64,000 bases of DNA from assembly GCA_900317295.1 (NCBI GenBank), contig ONGB01000003.1:12245-76244 (forward strand), written 5' to 3'. This stretch comes from an uncultured Erysipelotrichaceae bacterium. GTDB lineage: Bacteria > Bacillota_I > Bacilli_A > RFN20 > CAG-826. The notes below the pieces were generated by a model. It saw only the letters and a list, made by a program, of their open reading frames with translations. It was not told where the DNA came from and did no database searches. Made by a program: the position numbers and the translations under genes. Shown here piece after piece: positions 30,551 through 39,823 of this stretch. Every line of letters starts with the position of its first letter. Positions within the stretch are counted from its first letter, which is position 1.

Positions 30551-30639
30551 GTGCGAACCCGCTGTGTTAGGACGAGACCGATTCCCCTCGTTAATACGAA
30601 GACCGTTCTCCCCGAAGCACGAAGCAACAAACCAATAAG

Positions 30640-30662
30640 ACCGTCCATCGCTGGGCGGTTTT
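30640..30662 (+). terminator. intrinsic terminator of rpsF operon (ACCGTCC-loop-GGGCGGT + T-run); member of repeated terminator family
   Basis: 7-bp stem with one T.G wobble, 6-nt loop, TTTT; preceded by GAAGCAACAAACCAATAAG which recurs at 32030. Confidence 0.75.
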
Positions 30663-30699
30663 CTTATGTTTCTCCTCTTGCTAGTAGTATAATTGGCTT

Positions 30700-30815
30700 G
30701 GGAATGATGTCTCCCATCTAGAAATAGAGAACCGCAATGAAGTGCTGATGACGTCTATGACTTGTTTTGTCATAGAAATCAGCGCTTTTGTTTCTATGGC
30801 AGATGGGAGGTATCG
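30700..30815 (+). promoter_or_regulatory. structured 5' leader of the cation:proton antiporter gene with alternative hairpins and SD sequestration (riboswitch/attenuator-like)
   Basis: TATAAT at 30688-93; TCTCCCATCT (30710-19) pairs with AGATGGGAGG (30800-09), which contains the SD 7 nt before the ATG; inside, GTCATAGA can pair either with upstream TCTATGAC or downstream TTTCTATGGC (mutually exclusive hairpins). Confidence 0.45.
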
Positions 30816-32006
30816 ATGAATATATTTCTGTCTTTGTTTATTATTTTTGGTGGTGGGATCCTCGGTGGGTTTTTATTTGAGAAGATCAAACTCCCCAAAC
30901 TGGTGTGGTATATCATTCTCGGGATTCTTATTGGACCATCTTTGTTCAATATCGTTGATGATACGTTGCTGTCGGTTTCGTCTCATCTAAGGCAAATCGC
31001 TTTGGTCATCATATTGACCAGGTCAGGCCTATCTTTGAACATTAAGAACCTAAAGAAAATAGGGCGACCTGCGATATTGATGTGCTTTTTACCCGCTTGT
31101 TTTGAAATTGCGGGCATCACGATATTTGGCCCAATGCTCCTCGGGATATCCTATTTCGAAGCCTTGCTTCTTGGCTCGGTCTTGGCGGCCGTTTCGCCGG
31201 CGGTAGTGGTTCCGAGAATGATTCGCCTAATGGAAGAAGGATATGGAAAAGAACACTGCGTGCCCGAACTTGTGATGGCGGGGGCATCTTGTGACGACAT
31301 CTTTGTAATCGTCCTTTTCTATTCGTTCAAGAATCTGGTCGCAACGTCCGCCTTTGACGCTTGGAGCGTCGGGCAAATCCCCATTTCGATCGTCTCCGGT
31401 GTCATTTTGGGCATCGGAGTAGGCTTCTTGATGGTTTTAGCCATTCGATACATGAAACTAAATAGAATCGTCCATGTCATTTTGATGCTCGGTCTCTCCT
31501 TCGGGATGCTCGCCCTCGAGAATGCCTTGAAACCGTATTTCAGCGTTTCGTCTCTATTAGCCATCATCGTCATGGCATTTGTGGTGGGCGTCTTTAAAAA
31601 AGAGGAAGCGAAGGAGATGCAGAAATCCTATAACGGCTTATGGCAAGGTTTTGAAATCCTATTGTTCGCTCTCGTTGGCATTGCGGTCGATGTTCGTTAC
31701 GCTTTTTCAAAAGAAGGGGCAATCATCGTTGGGCTGGTTTTCATTGCGTTGGTATTTAGAAGTTTAGGCGTGTTTTGCAGCATAATTGCAACGAAATTCA
31801 CTTGGAAAGAAAAACTATATATCGTCATTTCTTATCTCCCTAAGGCGACCGTTCAAGCATCGATTGGGGCGATTGCTTTGTCCGAAGGCCTTGCTTGCGG
31901 CACGTTGGTGCTGACCGCTGCGGTGGTGGCAATATTGATAACCGCTCCATTGGGTGCGATATTGATGGATAACCTGAAAAACAAATTGCTTAAGAGGGAG
32001 GCGTAG
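30816..32006 (+). CDS. cation:proton antiporter (Na+/H+ exchanger-fold, CPA family)
   Basis: Start at MNIFLSLF after GGGAGG; about 396 aa, 11-13 TM helices, conserved TM-crossover discontinuous helices with Asp residues, typical of PF00999-type exchangers. Confidence 0.7.
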   Translation: MNIFLSLFIIFGGGILGGFLFEKIKLPKLVWYIILGILIGPSLFNIVDDTLLSVSSHLRQIALVIILTRSGLSLNIKNLKKIGRPAILMCFLPACFEIAGITIFGPMLLGISYFEALLLGSVLAAVSPAVVVPRMIRLMEEGYGKEHCVPELVMAGASCDDIFVIVLFYSFKNLVATSAFDAWSVGQIPISIVSGVILGIGVGFLMVLAIRYMKLNRIVHVILMLGLSFGMLALENALKPYFSVSSLLAIIVMAFVVGVFKKEEAKEMQKSYNGLWQGFEILLFALVGIAVDVRYAFSKEGAIIVGLVFIALVFRSLGVFCSIIATKFTWKEKLYIVISYLPKATVQASIGAIALSEGLACGTLVLTAAVVAILITAPLGAILMDNLKNKLLKREA

Positions 32007-32049
32007 TTCCTTCGACTCTTTTATAGGCAAGAAGCAACAAATCAACAGG

Positions 32050-32073
32050 ACCGTCCCTCGTGGGCGGTTTTTT
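32050..32073 (+). terminator. intrinsic terminator of antiporter gene (ACCGTCC-CTCGT-GGGCGGT + T6), repeat-family member
   Basis: Same stem as 30640 and 32326; preceded by AAGAAGCAACAAATCAACAGG (near-identical to the 30620 flank). Confidence 0.75.
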
Positions 32074-32325
32074 CATGCTCGTCCGTCCCTCGTCCCGGAT
32101 CTACTTAGAACCATCGACGTCGAAGCGACCTTATATATTTCATATATAACTCATTCTAACTAACCCCGGTCGGTCCACGTCACACGATCGTCCTTGTGGC
32201 TGGCAAATTGTTAGGCGTCGTCCGAATCGAGTCCCACGGGTCGAATATGGGCTTCGTCGGAGAGAGCGGAGTTTGTTCTTTTTCGGAGAATTGGCGTCGT
32301 CGTCGAACACCCGCTACAAAAACAA

Positions 32326-32350
32326 ACCGTCCCTCGTGGGCGGTTTTCTT
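32326..32350. terminator. bidirectional terminator (ACCGTCC-CTCGT-GGGCGGT, A-run upstream and T-run downstream) abutting the stop of the minus-strand ABC-2 permease
   Basis: Identical stem-loop to 32050; AAAAACAAA 5' and TTTT 3'. Confidence 0.7.
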
Positions 32351-33141
32351 TATGATCCGGTCGATTCGTATCGCCTGGCGCACAAGGTCCAAATAAGCAC
32401 GGACAACGCGAAGAACGCCACCGAAGCCCCGAAGATGATCAAGCTGAGCCAATAGGGGTTATAGCTTCCGTAGAGCAATGTGTCGATCGGTAAGGAGATG
32501 AACAACCCGAACGGCAGGATGAAAATCAAAATGAAGCGGATGGCCGCCGGGAAGATGGCGATCGGGTATTTCGCGTAGATGGTGAAGTTGTAGACGATCT
32601 GAAGAAGCGGGCCGCTGCGCTTGAAGATGAACGCCAATGACGAAATGGCGATTTTGAAGGAAGTGATGATCATCGCGCCGAAGATCGCCCCCACGACCAA
32701 AACGAAGATCGCCCCAAAGGAAACAGATACTTGAAGGTTTACCCCGCAGATGACGATCATCGTGATGCCGACGATGACTTCGCCGAACCCGTCGGGCTGG
32801 AACGTCTCCGCGAACATCTGGAAAATGACGGGGATCGGCCGCAGAAAGTGGCGGTCCATGTCGCCTAACTGGACGCGGCGATAGGCCACCAGCCAGAACT
32901 CGTCGCTGAAGAGGTGGTCCAAGGCGATGGGGATCATCGAGAAGCCATAAAAGAAACCGACTTCCGCAGGGGTGTACCCCTTCAACGAGGGAATCGTCTG
33001 CAAAATGAAGAAAATGGAGGCCAAAGAGCACGCGTTGGAAATCAAGAAGGACAGAATGGAAATGATCGTGTCCTTTTTGTATTCCAGGCGGGACAGCATG
33101 CTGCGCTTGATGCAGGTGAAATAGAGCTTGACGTACCGCAT
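32350..33141 (-). CDS. ABC-2 family transporter permease
   Basis: 263 aa, 6 TM; same operon as next permease and ATPase. Confidence 0.55.
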   Translation of the reverse strand: MRYVKLYFTCIKRSMLSRLEYKKDTIISILSFLISNACSLASIFFILQTIPSLKGYTPAEVGFFYGFSMIPIALDHLFSDEFWLVAYRRVQLGDMDRHFLRPIPVIFQMFAETFQPDGFGEVIVGITMIVICGVNLQVSVSFGAIFVLVVGAIFGAMIITSFKIAISSLAFIFKRSGPLLQIVYNFTIYAKYPIAIFPAAIRFILIFILPFGLFISLPIDTLLYGSYNPYWLSLIIFGASVAFFALSVLIWTLCARRYESTGS

Positions 33142-33142
33142 G

Positions 33143-34003
33143 CTATCCTCCCTGAACCGTCACGATTTTTATTGCGTGGTTGAAAAGCAATTTGGCCAAC
33201 AGCTCCAATAAAATGAGCCAGCCAAAGGAAATCAAAAGAACTTTCCCACATTCGAGGTAGTCGTACTTCATCATCAGAATCAGGACGGGGTTTTGGCTCA
33301 TCCCGGCGAAGGGCATATAGGAAACGATTTCCCGGAAGATGTTCGGGAAGAAGGCGATGGGGAGCAACGTGCCCGACAGAAAGGAGACCACGGTCGTCTT
33401 CAAGGCGTTGAGCCCCCATGCGGCGGAGGTGTAGAAGCAGAGGATCCCGAAGATGTAGGAGATGGCCCCGTTGAGCATGCAGGCGAGGACGCTGGCAACC
33501 AAGAACAGACCGAGGTGGGCGATGAAATCCCATACGGAAGGCACGGGCAAATAACCGATGCCGATAAGCACGCCCAATGCGCACGTGTATAAGGCAATCC
33601 CAAACACGACGAACATCATAAAGAACGCCCCGAGGGTCGATGCGATGAACTTGCCGCGATAGGAAATCGGCTTGATCAGGAAGTTTCCGATCGTCCCTTG
33701 GCGGACGTCATGATTGATGGACCACAGGGTATCGTCGTTGAACGTCACGAACCCGAATATCGTCGTCAGCACGACGTAGACGATCATCTCTTTGTACGTG
33801 AATCCGTTGATGGCGGCGTCGATCCCGCCTTCGCTGCTTTGATAGACGGCGAGCCAAAGGAAAACCAAGCACGCCACCTCGAAGACGGTGACGATCGCCC
33901 ACGTGATGATGTTGAAGCGGTACGCCATCATGTCGATGGCCGCCGCGCGGGCGAACGGCTTATATTTTCTTAGCCATTGCATGTTCTTCCTCTTGCTGTT
34001 CAA
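33143..34003 (-). CDS. ABC-2 family transporter permease
   Basis: 286 aa, 6 TM, paralogous architecture to the downstream permease; 1-nt gap between the two. Confidence 0.55.
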   Translation of the reverse strand: MNSKRKNMQWLRKYKPFARAAAIDMMAYRFNIITWAIVTVFEVACLVFLWLAVYQSSEGGIDAAINGFTYKEMIVYVVLTTIFGFVTFNDDTLWSINHDVRQGTIGNFLIKPISYRGKFIASTLGAFFMMFVVFGIALYTCALGVLIGIGYLPVPSVWDFIAHLGLFLVASVLACMLNGAISYIFGILCFYTSAAWGLNALKTTVVSFLSGTLLPIAFFPNIFREIVSYMPFAGMSQNPVLILMMKYDYLECGKVLLISFGWLILLELLAKLLFNHAIKIVTVQGG

Positions 34004-34970
34004 GAATCTGCTTTACGACATCTTCGATGGAAATATCCGCGATTTTCATATCTAAAGCGCGGTATTGGGAGAAGGCGTATTGAACGACGTGCTCAAGCAC
34101 GACCTTGTCCGCGTCGAAGGATAGCAAAACCTTGTCTTGGTCCATGGTCATCGTGACATCGTCAGAGAATGGTTTGACCGCGTTCGGGTCGAGATTCGGC
34201 GGAATGGTCAGCGTCAAAGTTTTGATGTTGCCGAAACGACGTTTGATATCACCTAACGGTCCGTCATAGATGATTTTGCCCCTCTCGATCATGATGATGC
34301 GGGAACAGAGGTTTTCGATGTCGGCCATATCGTGGGTGGTGAGGACGACGGTGGTGTGATATTTCGCATTAAGGGCATGGATCGCCGTGCGGATCTTGTC
34401 TTTGACAAGGACATCCATGCCGATGGTAGGTTCATCAAGGAAGAGGATCTTCGGGTTATGAAGCATCGAGGCGGCCAGGTCCGCGCGCATCCTTTGCCCC
34501 AAAGATAGGGTGCGGACGGGCTGGGTCATGAACTCATCGATGCCCAGGACGGAGGATAAGAAAGCGATCCGCTCCTCATAATCCGCATCGCTGATTTGAT
34601 AGATTTCCTTGAGGACTTTGAAGGACTCGACCAACGGAATGTCCCACCAAAGCTGGGTCTTCTGCCCGAAGACGACGCCGATGTCCTTGGCGACGACCCG
34701 GCGCTTCAGGTAAGGCTCTAAACCATCGATTAAGACCTTTCCGGAAGTGGGGGTGAGGATGCCGCACATCATCTTGATGGTCGTGGATTTGCCGGCGCCG
34801 TTGGAGCCGATATACCCCACGATTTCACCCTCGGATATGTCAAAGGACACATCATCGACGGCGCGGATTTCCGTGTATTTGCGCGAAAATAAAGTGGCGA
34901 ACATGCCGATAAGGCCTTTGCCCCGGATCGGCTTACGGAAAATTTTGACGAGGTTTTGAACTTGAATCAT
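33960..34970 (-). CDS. ABC transporter ATP-binding protein
   Basis: 336 aa; Walker A GSNGAGKST, signature LSLGQRMR, Walker B ILFLDEPTIGMD, plus C-terminal extension; 44-nt overlap with the permease gene. Confidence 0.8.
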   Translation of the reverse strand: MIQVQNLVKIFRKPIRGKGLIGMFATLFSRKYTEIRAVDDVSFDISEGEIVGYIGSNGAGKSTTIKMMCGILTPTSGKVLIDGLEPYLKRRVVAKDIGVVFGQKTQLWWDIPLVESFKVLKEIYQISDADYEERIAFLSSVLGIDEFMTQPVRTLSLGQRMRADLAASMLHNPKILFLDEPTIGMDVLVKDKIRTAIHALNAKYHTTVVLTTHDMADIENLCSRIIMIERGKIIYDGPLGDIKRRFGNIKTLTLTIPPNLDPNAVKPFSDDVTMTMDQDKVLLSFDADKVVLEHVVQYAFSQYRALDMKIADISIEDVVKQILEQQEEEHAMAKKI

Positions 34971-35051
34971 GGTTTGGAGAACTCGAATCGCTTTATTTTA
35001 GCGAAATAAAGAAACGAGATAAACGGACGGCCTATTTGTTATCATTTTCCC

Positions 35052-35729
35052 ATGACGGAAATACAGAAATATTTACTTTCTCAAGCCGATCAGAAATACC
35101 GCGACTTCACTTTGCCGCTTATCCCTACCGTCGATCCGGATACCTTCATCGGGGTCCGTCTTCCCGTCCTCAAGAAACACGCGAAAGTCTTAGGGACAGA
35201 GGAAGGAGAGGCTTTTCTCAATTCGTTGCCCCATAAATACCACGAAGAAAACATCCTGCACGCCTTCATCCTTTCCAACATCAAGGATTACGAAGAATTC
35301 ATTAGAAAAGTTGATGCGTTCCTGCCTTATGTCCAGAACTGGTCCGTATGCGACACGATCTGCAATAAGCACCTGGTCAAATACAGGGAGCCGTTATTAA
35401 AAGAAATCTATGCCTGGCTCAAAAGCGATGAGGTTTACCGGGCGCGTTACGCGATTAAGTGCCTGATGAATTACTACCTTGGCGAGGATTTCGCCCCCGA
35501 ACATATAGTGAAAGTGAAGGCCGTGAAGCTCACGGATTACTATGTGCGCATGATGATTGCCTGGTACCTCGCCACCGGGTTAGCCAAGAACTATGAGGAT
35601 TTCATTAAACCCATTGAGGAGAAGTGGTTCGACGACTTTACTCACAACAAGGCAATCCAAAAGGCAATCGAGTCCTATCGCGTCAGCGATGAGCACAAAG
35701 CCTATTTGAAAACATTGAAGGTCAAATAA
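35052..35729 (+). CDS. DNA alkylation repair protein (AlkD/AlkC-like HEAT-repeat family)
   Basis: 225 aa, all-helical; matches the PF08713 family pattern. Confidence 0.55.
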   Translation: MTEIQKYLLSQADQKYRDFTLPLIPTVDPDTFIGVRLPVLKKHAKVLGTEEGEAFLNSLPHKYHEENILHAFILSNIKDYEEFIRKVDAFLPYVQNWSVCDTICNKHLVKYREPLLKEIYAWLKSDEVYRARYAIKCLMNYYLGEDFAPEHIVKVKAVKLTDYYVRMMIAWYLATGLAKNYEDFIKPIEEKWFDDFTHNKAIQKAIESYRVSDEHKAYLKTLKVK

Positions 35730-35770
35730 CCGCCCATTGATGCGTACCCAATTTGCTGGACCGAATCGTT

Positions 35771-36439
35771 TTATTCGACAACAGGCAATTCTACCGATGT
35801 GGCGCCATAGTCGCTGACCGCGGTTTTCGAACTCCAGTGCACATCGGGACTATATGTGGCGTAGTAGTCATAGGATTGATAGAGGATCCGTCCGTTTTCG
35901 AATTTGGCTCTGATATTGGAATAAACGTAATTGCCAACCGTTTTGGTTTCGGCGATCAACTCGTAACGGCGCGTGCTGCCGTTATATTTCATTTCGTTGA
36001 AAGCGACCCAATCGGCGATGGTCGGGAAAACCATATCATCGGGCAGGGAGTCGTTTTCATATGTCTGTTTTACCATCGCGCCCTCTTCTTCGTAATAGAC
36101 GTCATATGTCCAAGTGCGATCCGTCTCGCTATAGGTGCCTTCATGGAATTGGAGATAACCCACCCCATACGAAGTCTCCATACAGACTTTTCCGTTATCG
36201 TATTTGGTGCGATAGGTATACGTTTTTTCCCCATTGTTTTCGGTCCATTCCGCGGTGAAATTCAGCGTTGCCATTTGGGCGACGAACGTCCTATAAGAGA
36301 ATTGATTATATTGTTCTTCCGTCACCACGTGATTGACCTTGGGCGCGGCCGACTTGCTGCTCGCGGTTTCGCCGCTTTGGCCGCAACCCGCCATCAAAGC
36401 GCCCGCGGCCGTCAGAAGAATAAAGTGACTCAATTTCAT
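35771..36439 (-). CDS. lipoprotein of unknown function
   Basis: Start at MKLSHFILLTAAGALMAGCG (AAGAGGAAGCC RBS); signal peptide with LMAGC lipobox; rest is Tyr/Thr-rich and probably beta-rich. Confidence 0.55.
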   Translation of the reverse strand: MKLSHFILLTAAGALMAGCGQSGETASSKSAAPKVNHVVTEEQYNQFSYRTFVAQMATLNFTAEWTENNGEKTYTYRTKYDNGKVCMETSYGVGYLQFHEGTYSETDRTWTYDVYYEEEGAMVKQTYENDSLPDDMVFPTIADWVAFNEMKYNGSTRRYELIAETKTVGNYVYSNIRAKFENGRILYQSYDYYATYSPDVHWSSKTAVSDYGATSVELPVVE

Positions 36440-36562
36440 AATGGCTTCCTCTTTAATCATTATATCCCATGCGTGCATTCTTAATTCCTTGCTTTATTGT
36501 TGGCTCACCGATGGCCCCTCTTTTCTACACGTCCCGAAATGCGTGGTAAAATATCGATTAAC

Positions 36563-37363
36563 ATGAGTTTTTACGATTGGTTTTTCCTTGAAAAAGACCG
36601 CCCGGCGGCCGGGCTTTTTTCTTGGTCCCATCTATTAAGCGTCACCATCATCCTTGCCGGGCTGATGGTTTGGGCGTATTTCCTTGGAAAGAAGCATAAA
36701 GATAATCCGAAGGGCCAACGAATCGTCTTGATCGTCGCTTCCGGCGCTCTGATCGCTCTCTACATCATGAAAATGGCCTTCCTTTTGGCGACCACCGATG
36801 ACGTCGTTAATACGTGGCGCGAAAACATCCCCCTCTTCTTTTGCGATGCCATCATCTTCGTCGTTCCGATTGCGGCTTTTGCAAAAGGCAGGGCGCAGGA
36901 TATCTGTTTCGATTTCATCGCGATATGCGGTTTCTTGATGGGATTCATGGGAAATTATTTCGCGGGGAACGTCTATAGCTACCACCCCGCGTTTAGCTAT
37001 CTGTCTTTGATCAGCGCCTTCAATCACGGCATCGCGGCATTTGCGGCGATGTTCGTCTTCGTGGCGAGGCTGAACAAGATGGAGAAACGGAATATCCCTT
37101 TCGTCATTGGCATCCTTTTCGTGTTGATGACCATCGCTTTGATCGTCGACTACATCACCGGGGAGAATTACGTGTTCTTCCTCGGCGGAAGCGGCACCCC
37201 ATTTGGCCTGATTTTTGACTGGGTGCAGCATAACCTCATCATCTACCAAATCATCATCTACGTCATGCAATGCGGGTATATCGGCCTCTTCTACGTGGTC
37301 TATTACCCCATCAAGAAATGGATGGATGGCAGAAAGAAAGTAGAAGCGCCCAATGAGCAGTGA
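36563..37363 (+). CDS. integral membrane protein, uncharacterized (about 7 TM)
   Basis: Start at MSFYDWFF; 266 aa, hydrophobic throughout; overlaps the next gene start by 11 nt. Confidence 0.45.
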   Translation: MSFYDWFFLEKDRPAAGLFSWSHLLSVTIILAGLMVWAYFLGKKHKDNPKGQRIVLIVASGALIALYIMKMAFLLATTDDVVNTWRENIPLFFCDAIIFVVPIAAFAKGRAQDICFDFIAICGFLMGFMGNYFAGNVYSYHPAFSYLSLISAFNHGIAAFAAMFVFVARLNKMEKRNIPFVIGILFVLMTIALIVDYITGENYVFFLGGSGTPFGLIFDWVQHNLIIYQIIIYVMQCGYIGLFYVVYYPIKKWMDGRKKVEAPNEQ

Positions 37364-38477
37364 CCTAAACCAAACGAGCCTAGAAAAGCGCAGGTATTAC
37401 CCGGTTTTGGATTTGGTGCGGTTCCTCGCCGCGCTTTTGATCGTCGGGGTGCACATCTTCCCCGAAGGATCCACCACGGAAGGAATCGGATTAGATCGTT
37501 CCGTCCCCACGTTGCTTGGATTGTCATTTATGAATGCCTGCCTGCGCATCGCCGTCCCCGCGTTCTTCCTCATCAGCGGTTTCCTTCTTTTCAAGAAGAT
37601 CGGGGATGATCCAGAACATAAATGGCAACACATTGGGGCTTTCTGTCTCAGAATCTTGTTCCTCCACATCTTTTGGTATGCGGTGGGTTTGCCGTTAACC
37701 ATCAGGGATATCACCGGCTTTGTCTCCCAAAGTGACACGAATGGGCTGATCAGGTACATCGTGATCACTTTGTGGAAAGGGGCCCCCAGGGGGTATTGGT
37801 TCCTGGTGTCCTTGGTCCTGTCGGTGGTGATCACCGCTTCCTGCCGCTCCAAGAAATCCATGACCGTCTTAGCCGTCATCGCGGGCACGCTATATGTTTA
37901 TGGCTGCCTCAACAGCGCGTATTTTGGGATTTTTCTCTTAAATAATGATCCCGTTTCGAAGGCGTTTTACCAAGTCGGGGAATACCTTGAATTAAGTTTC
38001 TGCCCGTTGCAGGCCCTCTTATTCGTCGTCCTTGGGCGGTTCTTCGCGGAACACGGGTCTTTTAAGATCAAGGGCAACGCCGTAATCCTTCCCGCGGTCT
38101 TTCTCCTGATGATGGGGGAATTGTTCTTAACCATGTATGGGAACCTTTACGTCTATCCTGACGCGTTCTTTTCTCTGCCGATCTTTGCTTTTTTCCTGAT
38201 GAATCTATTGCTTGGCATCAACGTGGAAAATGAAAAGTTCACCGAAGTGGCGAAAAAGCTGAAACGGGTCGGAAGCTTCTCCTATCTATTCCATTTCCAG
38301 TTCTTCTGTTACATGCATTGGATTTTAGACGCCACGGGGAACAACATCTTCCGCGATCAATATGGCTGGCTGTTCATCCCTTATTTGATCTGCGTGGCTT
38401 TGTGCTTCGGGCTGCAAACCCTCTTCGAATACCTATCGAAAAATAAATACCTGGGATTCCTCCGATATTCTTATTGA
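37353..38477 (+). CDS. acyltransferase family 3 (OafA/YrhL-like) membrane protein
   Basis: 374 aa, 10 TM; N-terminal YPVLDLVRFLAALLIVGVHI matches the acyltransferase-3 start. Confidence 0.65.
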   Translation: MSSDLNQTSLEKRRYYPVLDLVRFLAALLIVGVHIFPEGSTTEGIGLDRSVPTLLGLSFMNACLRIAVPAFFLISGFLLFKKIGDDPEHKWQHIGAFCLRILFLHIFWYAVGLPLTIRDITGFVSQSDTNGLIRYIVITLWKGAPRGYWFLVSLVLSVVITASCRSKKSMTVLAVIAGTLYVYGCLNSAYFGIFLLNNDPVSKAFYQVGEYLELSFCPLQALLFVVLGRFFAEHGSFKIKGNAVILPAVFLLMMGELFLTMYGNLYVYPDAFFSLPIFAFFLMNLLLGINVENEKFTEVAKKLKRVGSFSYLFHFQFFCYMHWILDATGNNIFRDQYGWLFIPYLICVALCFGLQTLFEYLSKNKYLGFLRYSY

Positions 38478-38544
38478 ATTTACTTTGTGACGCTTTTGTG
38501 ACCGGAAACCTGACACCATAGAAACAACAAAAGAGGTCGCCATT

Positions 38545-38807
38545 ATGAGAAAAGATCTACTGAAAGGCCTGAGCGAAGAACAAATCCAAAAAGCCAGCCG
38601 TTGCGAAAATCCCGAAGAGCTTTGGCCCTCGCCAAAAAGGAAGGCGTCGAACTGACGACGGATGAGTAACTCGAAGCCGTCAGCGGCGGATGCGGCTGGT
38701 TTACCACGTTGCCTTCTTGCCCCGAATGCGGCAACAAATGGGTCTACGAAATCGACGAAGGAAAACGGTGGAAGTGCTCCTCCTGCGGCAAGAAGTGGCA
38801 TAAATAG
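38545..38807 (+). pseudogene. disrupted RiPP-type precursor peptide gene (Nif11-like leader with GG cleavage motif + 38-aa 6-Cys core); -1 frameshift near 38620 and in-frame TAA at 38667-38669
   Basis: AAGAGG RBS 8 nt before ATG; frame 1 gives MRKDLLKGLSEEQIQKASRCENPEEL then derails (stop 38653). Shifting -1 continues LALAKKEGVELTTDE*LEAVSGG-CGWFTTLPSCPECGNKWVYEIDEGKRWKCSSCGKKWHK*, i.e. a canonical ...ELLALAKKEGVEL..DEELEAVSGG leader interrupted by TAA where GAA is expected; followed by a family terminator at 38825-38856. Confidence 0.6.
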
Positions 38808-38824
38808 AATTGCAAACAAGAATA

Positions 38825-38856
38825 AATCCACCCGTTGCTGGGCGGATTTTTCTTTT
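38825..38856. terminator. bidirectional intrinsic terminator (AATCCACCC-GTTGCT-GGGCGGATT + T-run), repeat-family variant
   Basis: 9-bp stem with one mismatch and T5; convergent with the AKR gene ending at 38859. Confidence 0.65.
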
Positions 38857-38858
38857 CC

Positions 38859-39641
38859 TCAAAGCGTCTTTACGCGGTCGAGTTTTTCTTTGTCTTCTTG
38901 GGTCAATTCGAAGTCGAACTCGAAGTTGTCCTTCATATGGTCTTTGCTGCGGCTTCTAGGAAGCGGGACCGTCCCTAACATATCCGCGTATTTGATGCAG
39001 ACCTTCGCTGGGGAAACGTTGTATTTCTTAGCGATTTCCCCAACGGTTTCGTTTCCCAATAGCCTGCCGACGCCCAAGGGAGAATAGGCTTCGACGAGGA
39101 TGTTCTTCTCGTGGCAGTAATCGATGACTTCCTGCGGAACGTGGCCGACGTGTATGCGAATTTGGTTGGCGAAGATTGGCTCCGAAGAATGCTCTTCGAT
39201 GTTCTTGATGTCCTTGACGGTGAAATTAGAGACCCCGATGTTTTTGATTCTGCCTTCCTTCTTCGCCTCGGTCAGGGCGCGCCAGACTTCGAGGTTGCCT
39301 TTGTGGAAGCGGGGGCCCGGGAGCAGCATCAGCGCCCAAGGCTTCGGCGCGTGGATGAGCATGAGGTCTAGATAATCCACTCCAAGGCGTTCTAAGGATT
39401 CATCGATTGCCTTCTTGGCGTCCTTGTAGTTTTTGATCTCTGCGGGGATCTTCGAGGTGATCCAGATCTCTTCCCGCTTCAGGCCGAGTTCTTTGATGGC
39501 CTCGCCGATCTCGCTTTCGTTGCGGTAGGCGATCGCGGTGTCGAAGTGGCGGTACCCGATTTCGTAGCCTTCGATGAAGACGCGCTTCGCATCTTCCTTC
39601 GCGATTTGCCAGAAGCCGAGGCCGGGATTGGTGATTTCCAT
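38859..39641 (-). CDS. aldo/keto reductase
   Basis: 260 aa; GYRHFDTAIAYRNE and the rest of the AKR catalytic tetrad context, NADPH-binding C-terminus. Confidence 0.8.
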   Translation of the reverse strand: MEITNPGLGFWQIAKEDAKRVFIEGYEIGYRHFDTAIAYRNESEIGEAIKELGLKREEIWITSKIPAEIKNYKDAKKAIDESLERLGVDYLDLMLIHAPKPWALMLLPGPRFHKGNLEVWRALTEAKKEGRIKNIGVSNFTVKDIKNIEEHSSEPIFANQIRIHVGHVPQEVIDYCHEKNILVEAYSPLGVGRLLGNETVGEIAKKYNVSPAKVCIKYADMLGTVPLPRSRSKDHMKDNFEFDFELTQEDKEKLDRVKTL

Positions 39642-39823
39642 AGACGTTCTCCTTGGGGGTGATGGCCTAAATATAAAGTATCGCGCGGAATAGGAAAGGC
39701 ATATGCACCCGTCCCCACGCCTTCGCGGTTTTTATAATAAAAACCAAATATGACGAAGATCCGTTAGCCTACCAAGAGGAAAAAAGAATAACCCCCTTTG
39801 CCAAATAAGAGGATAATCCTTGC

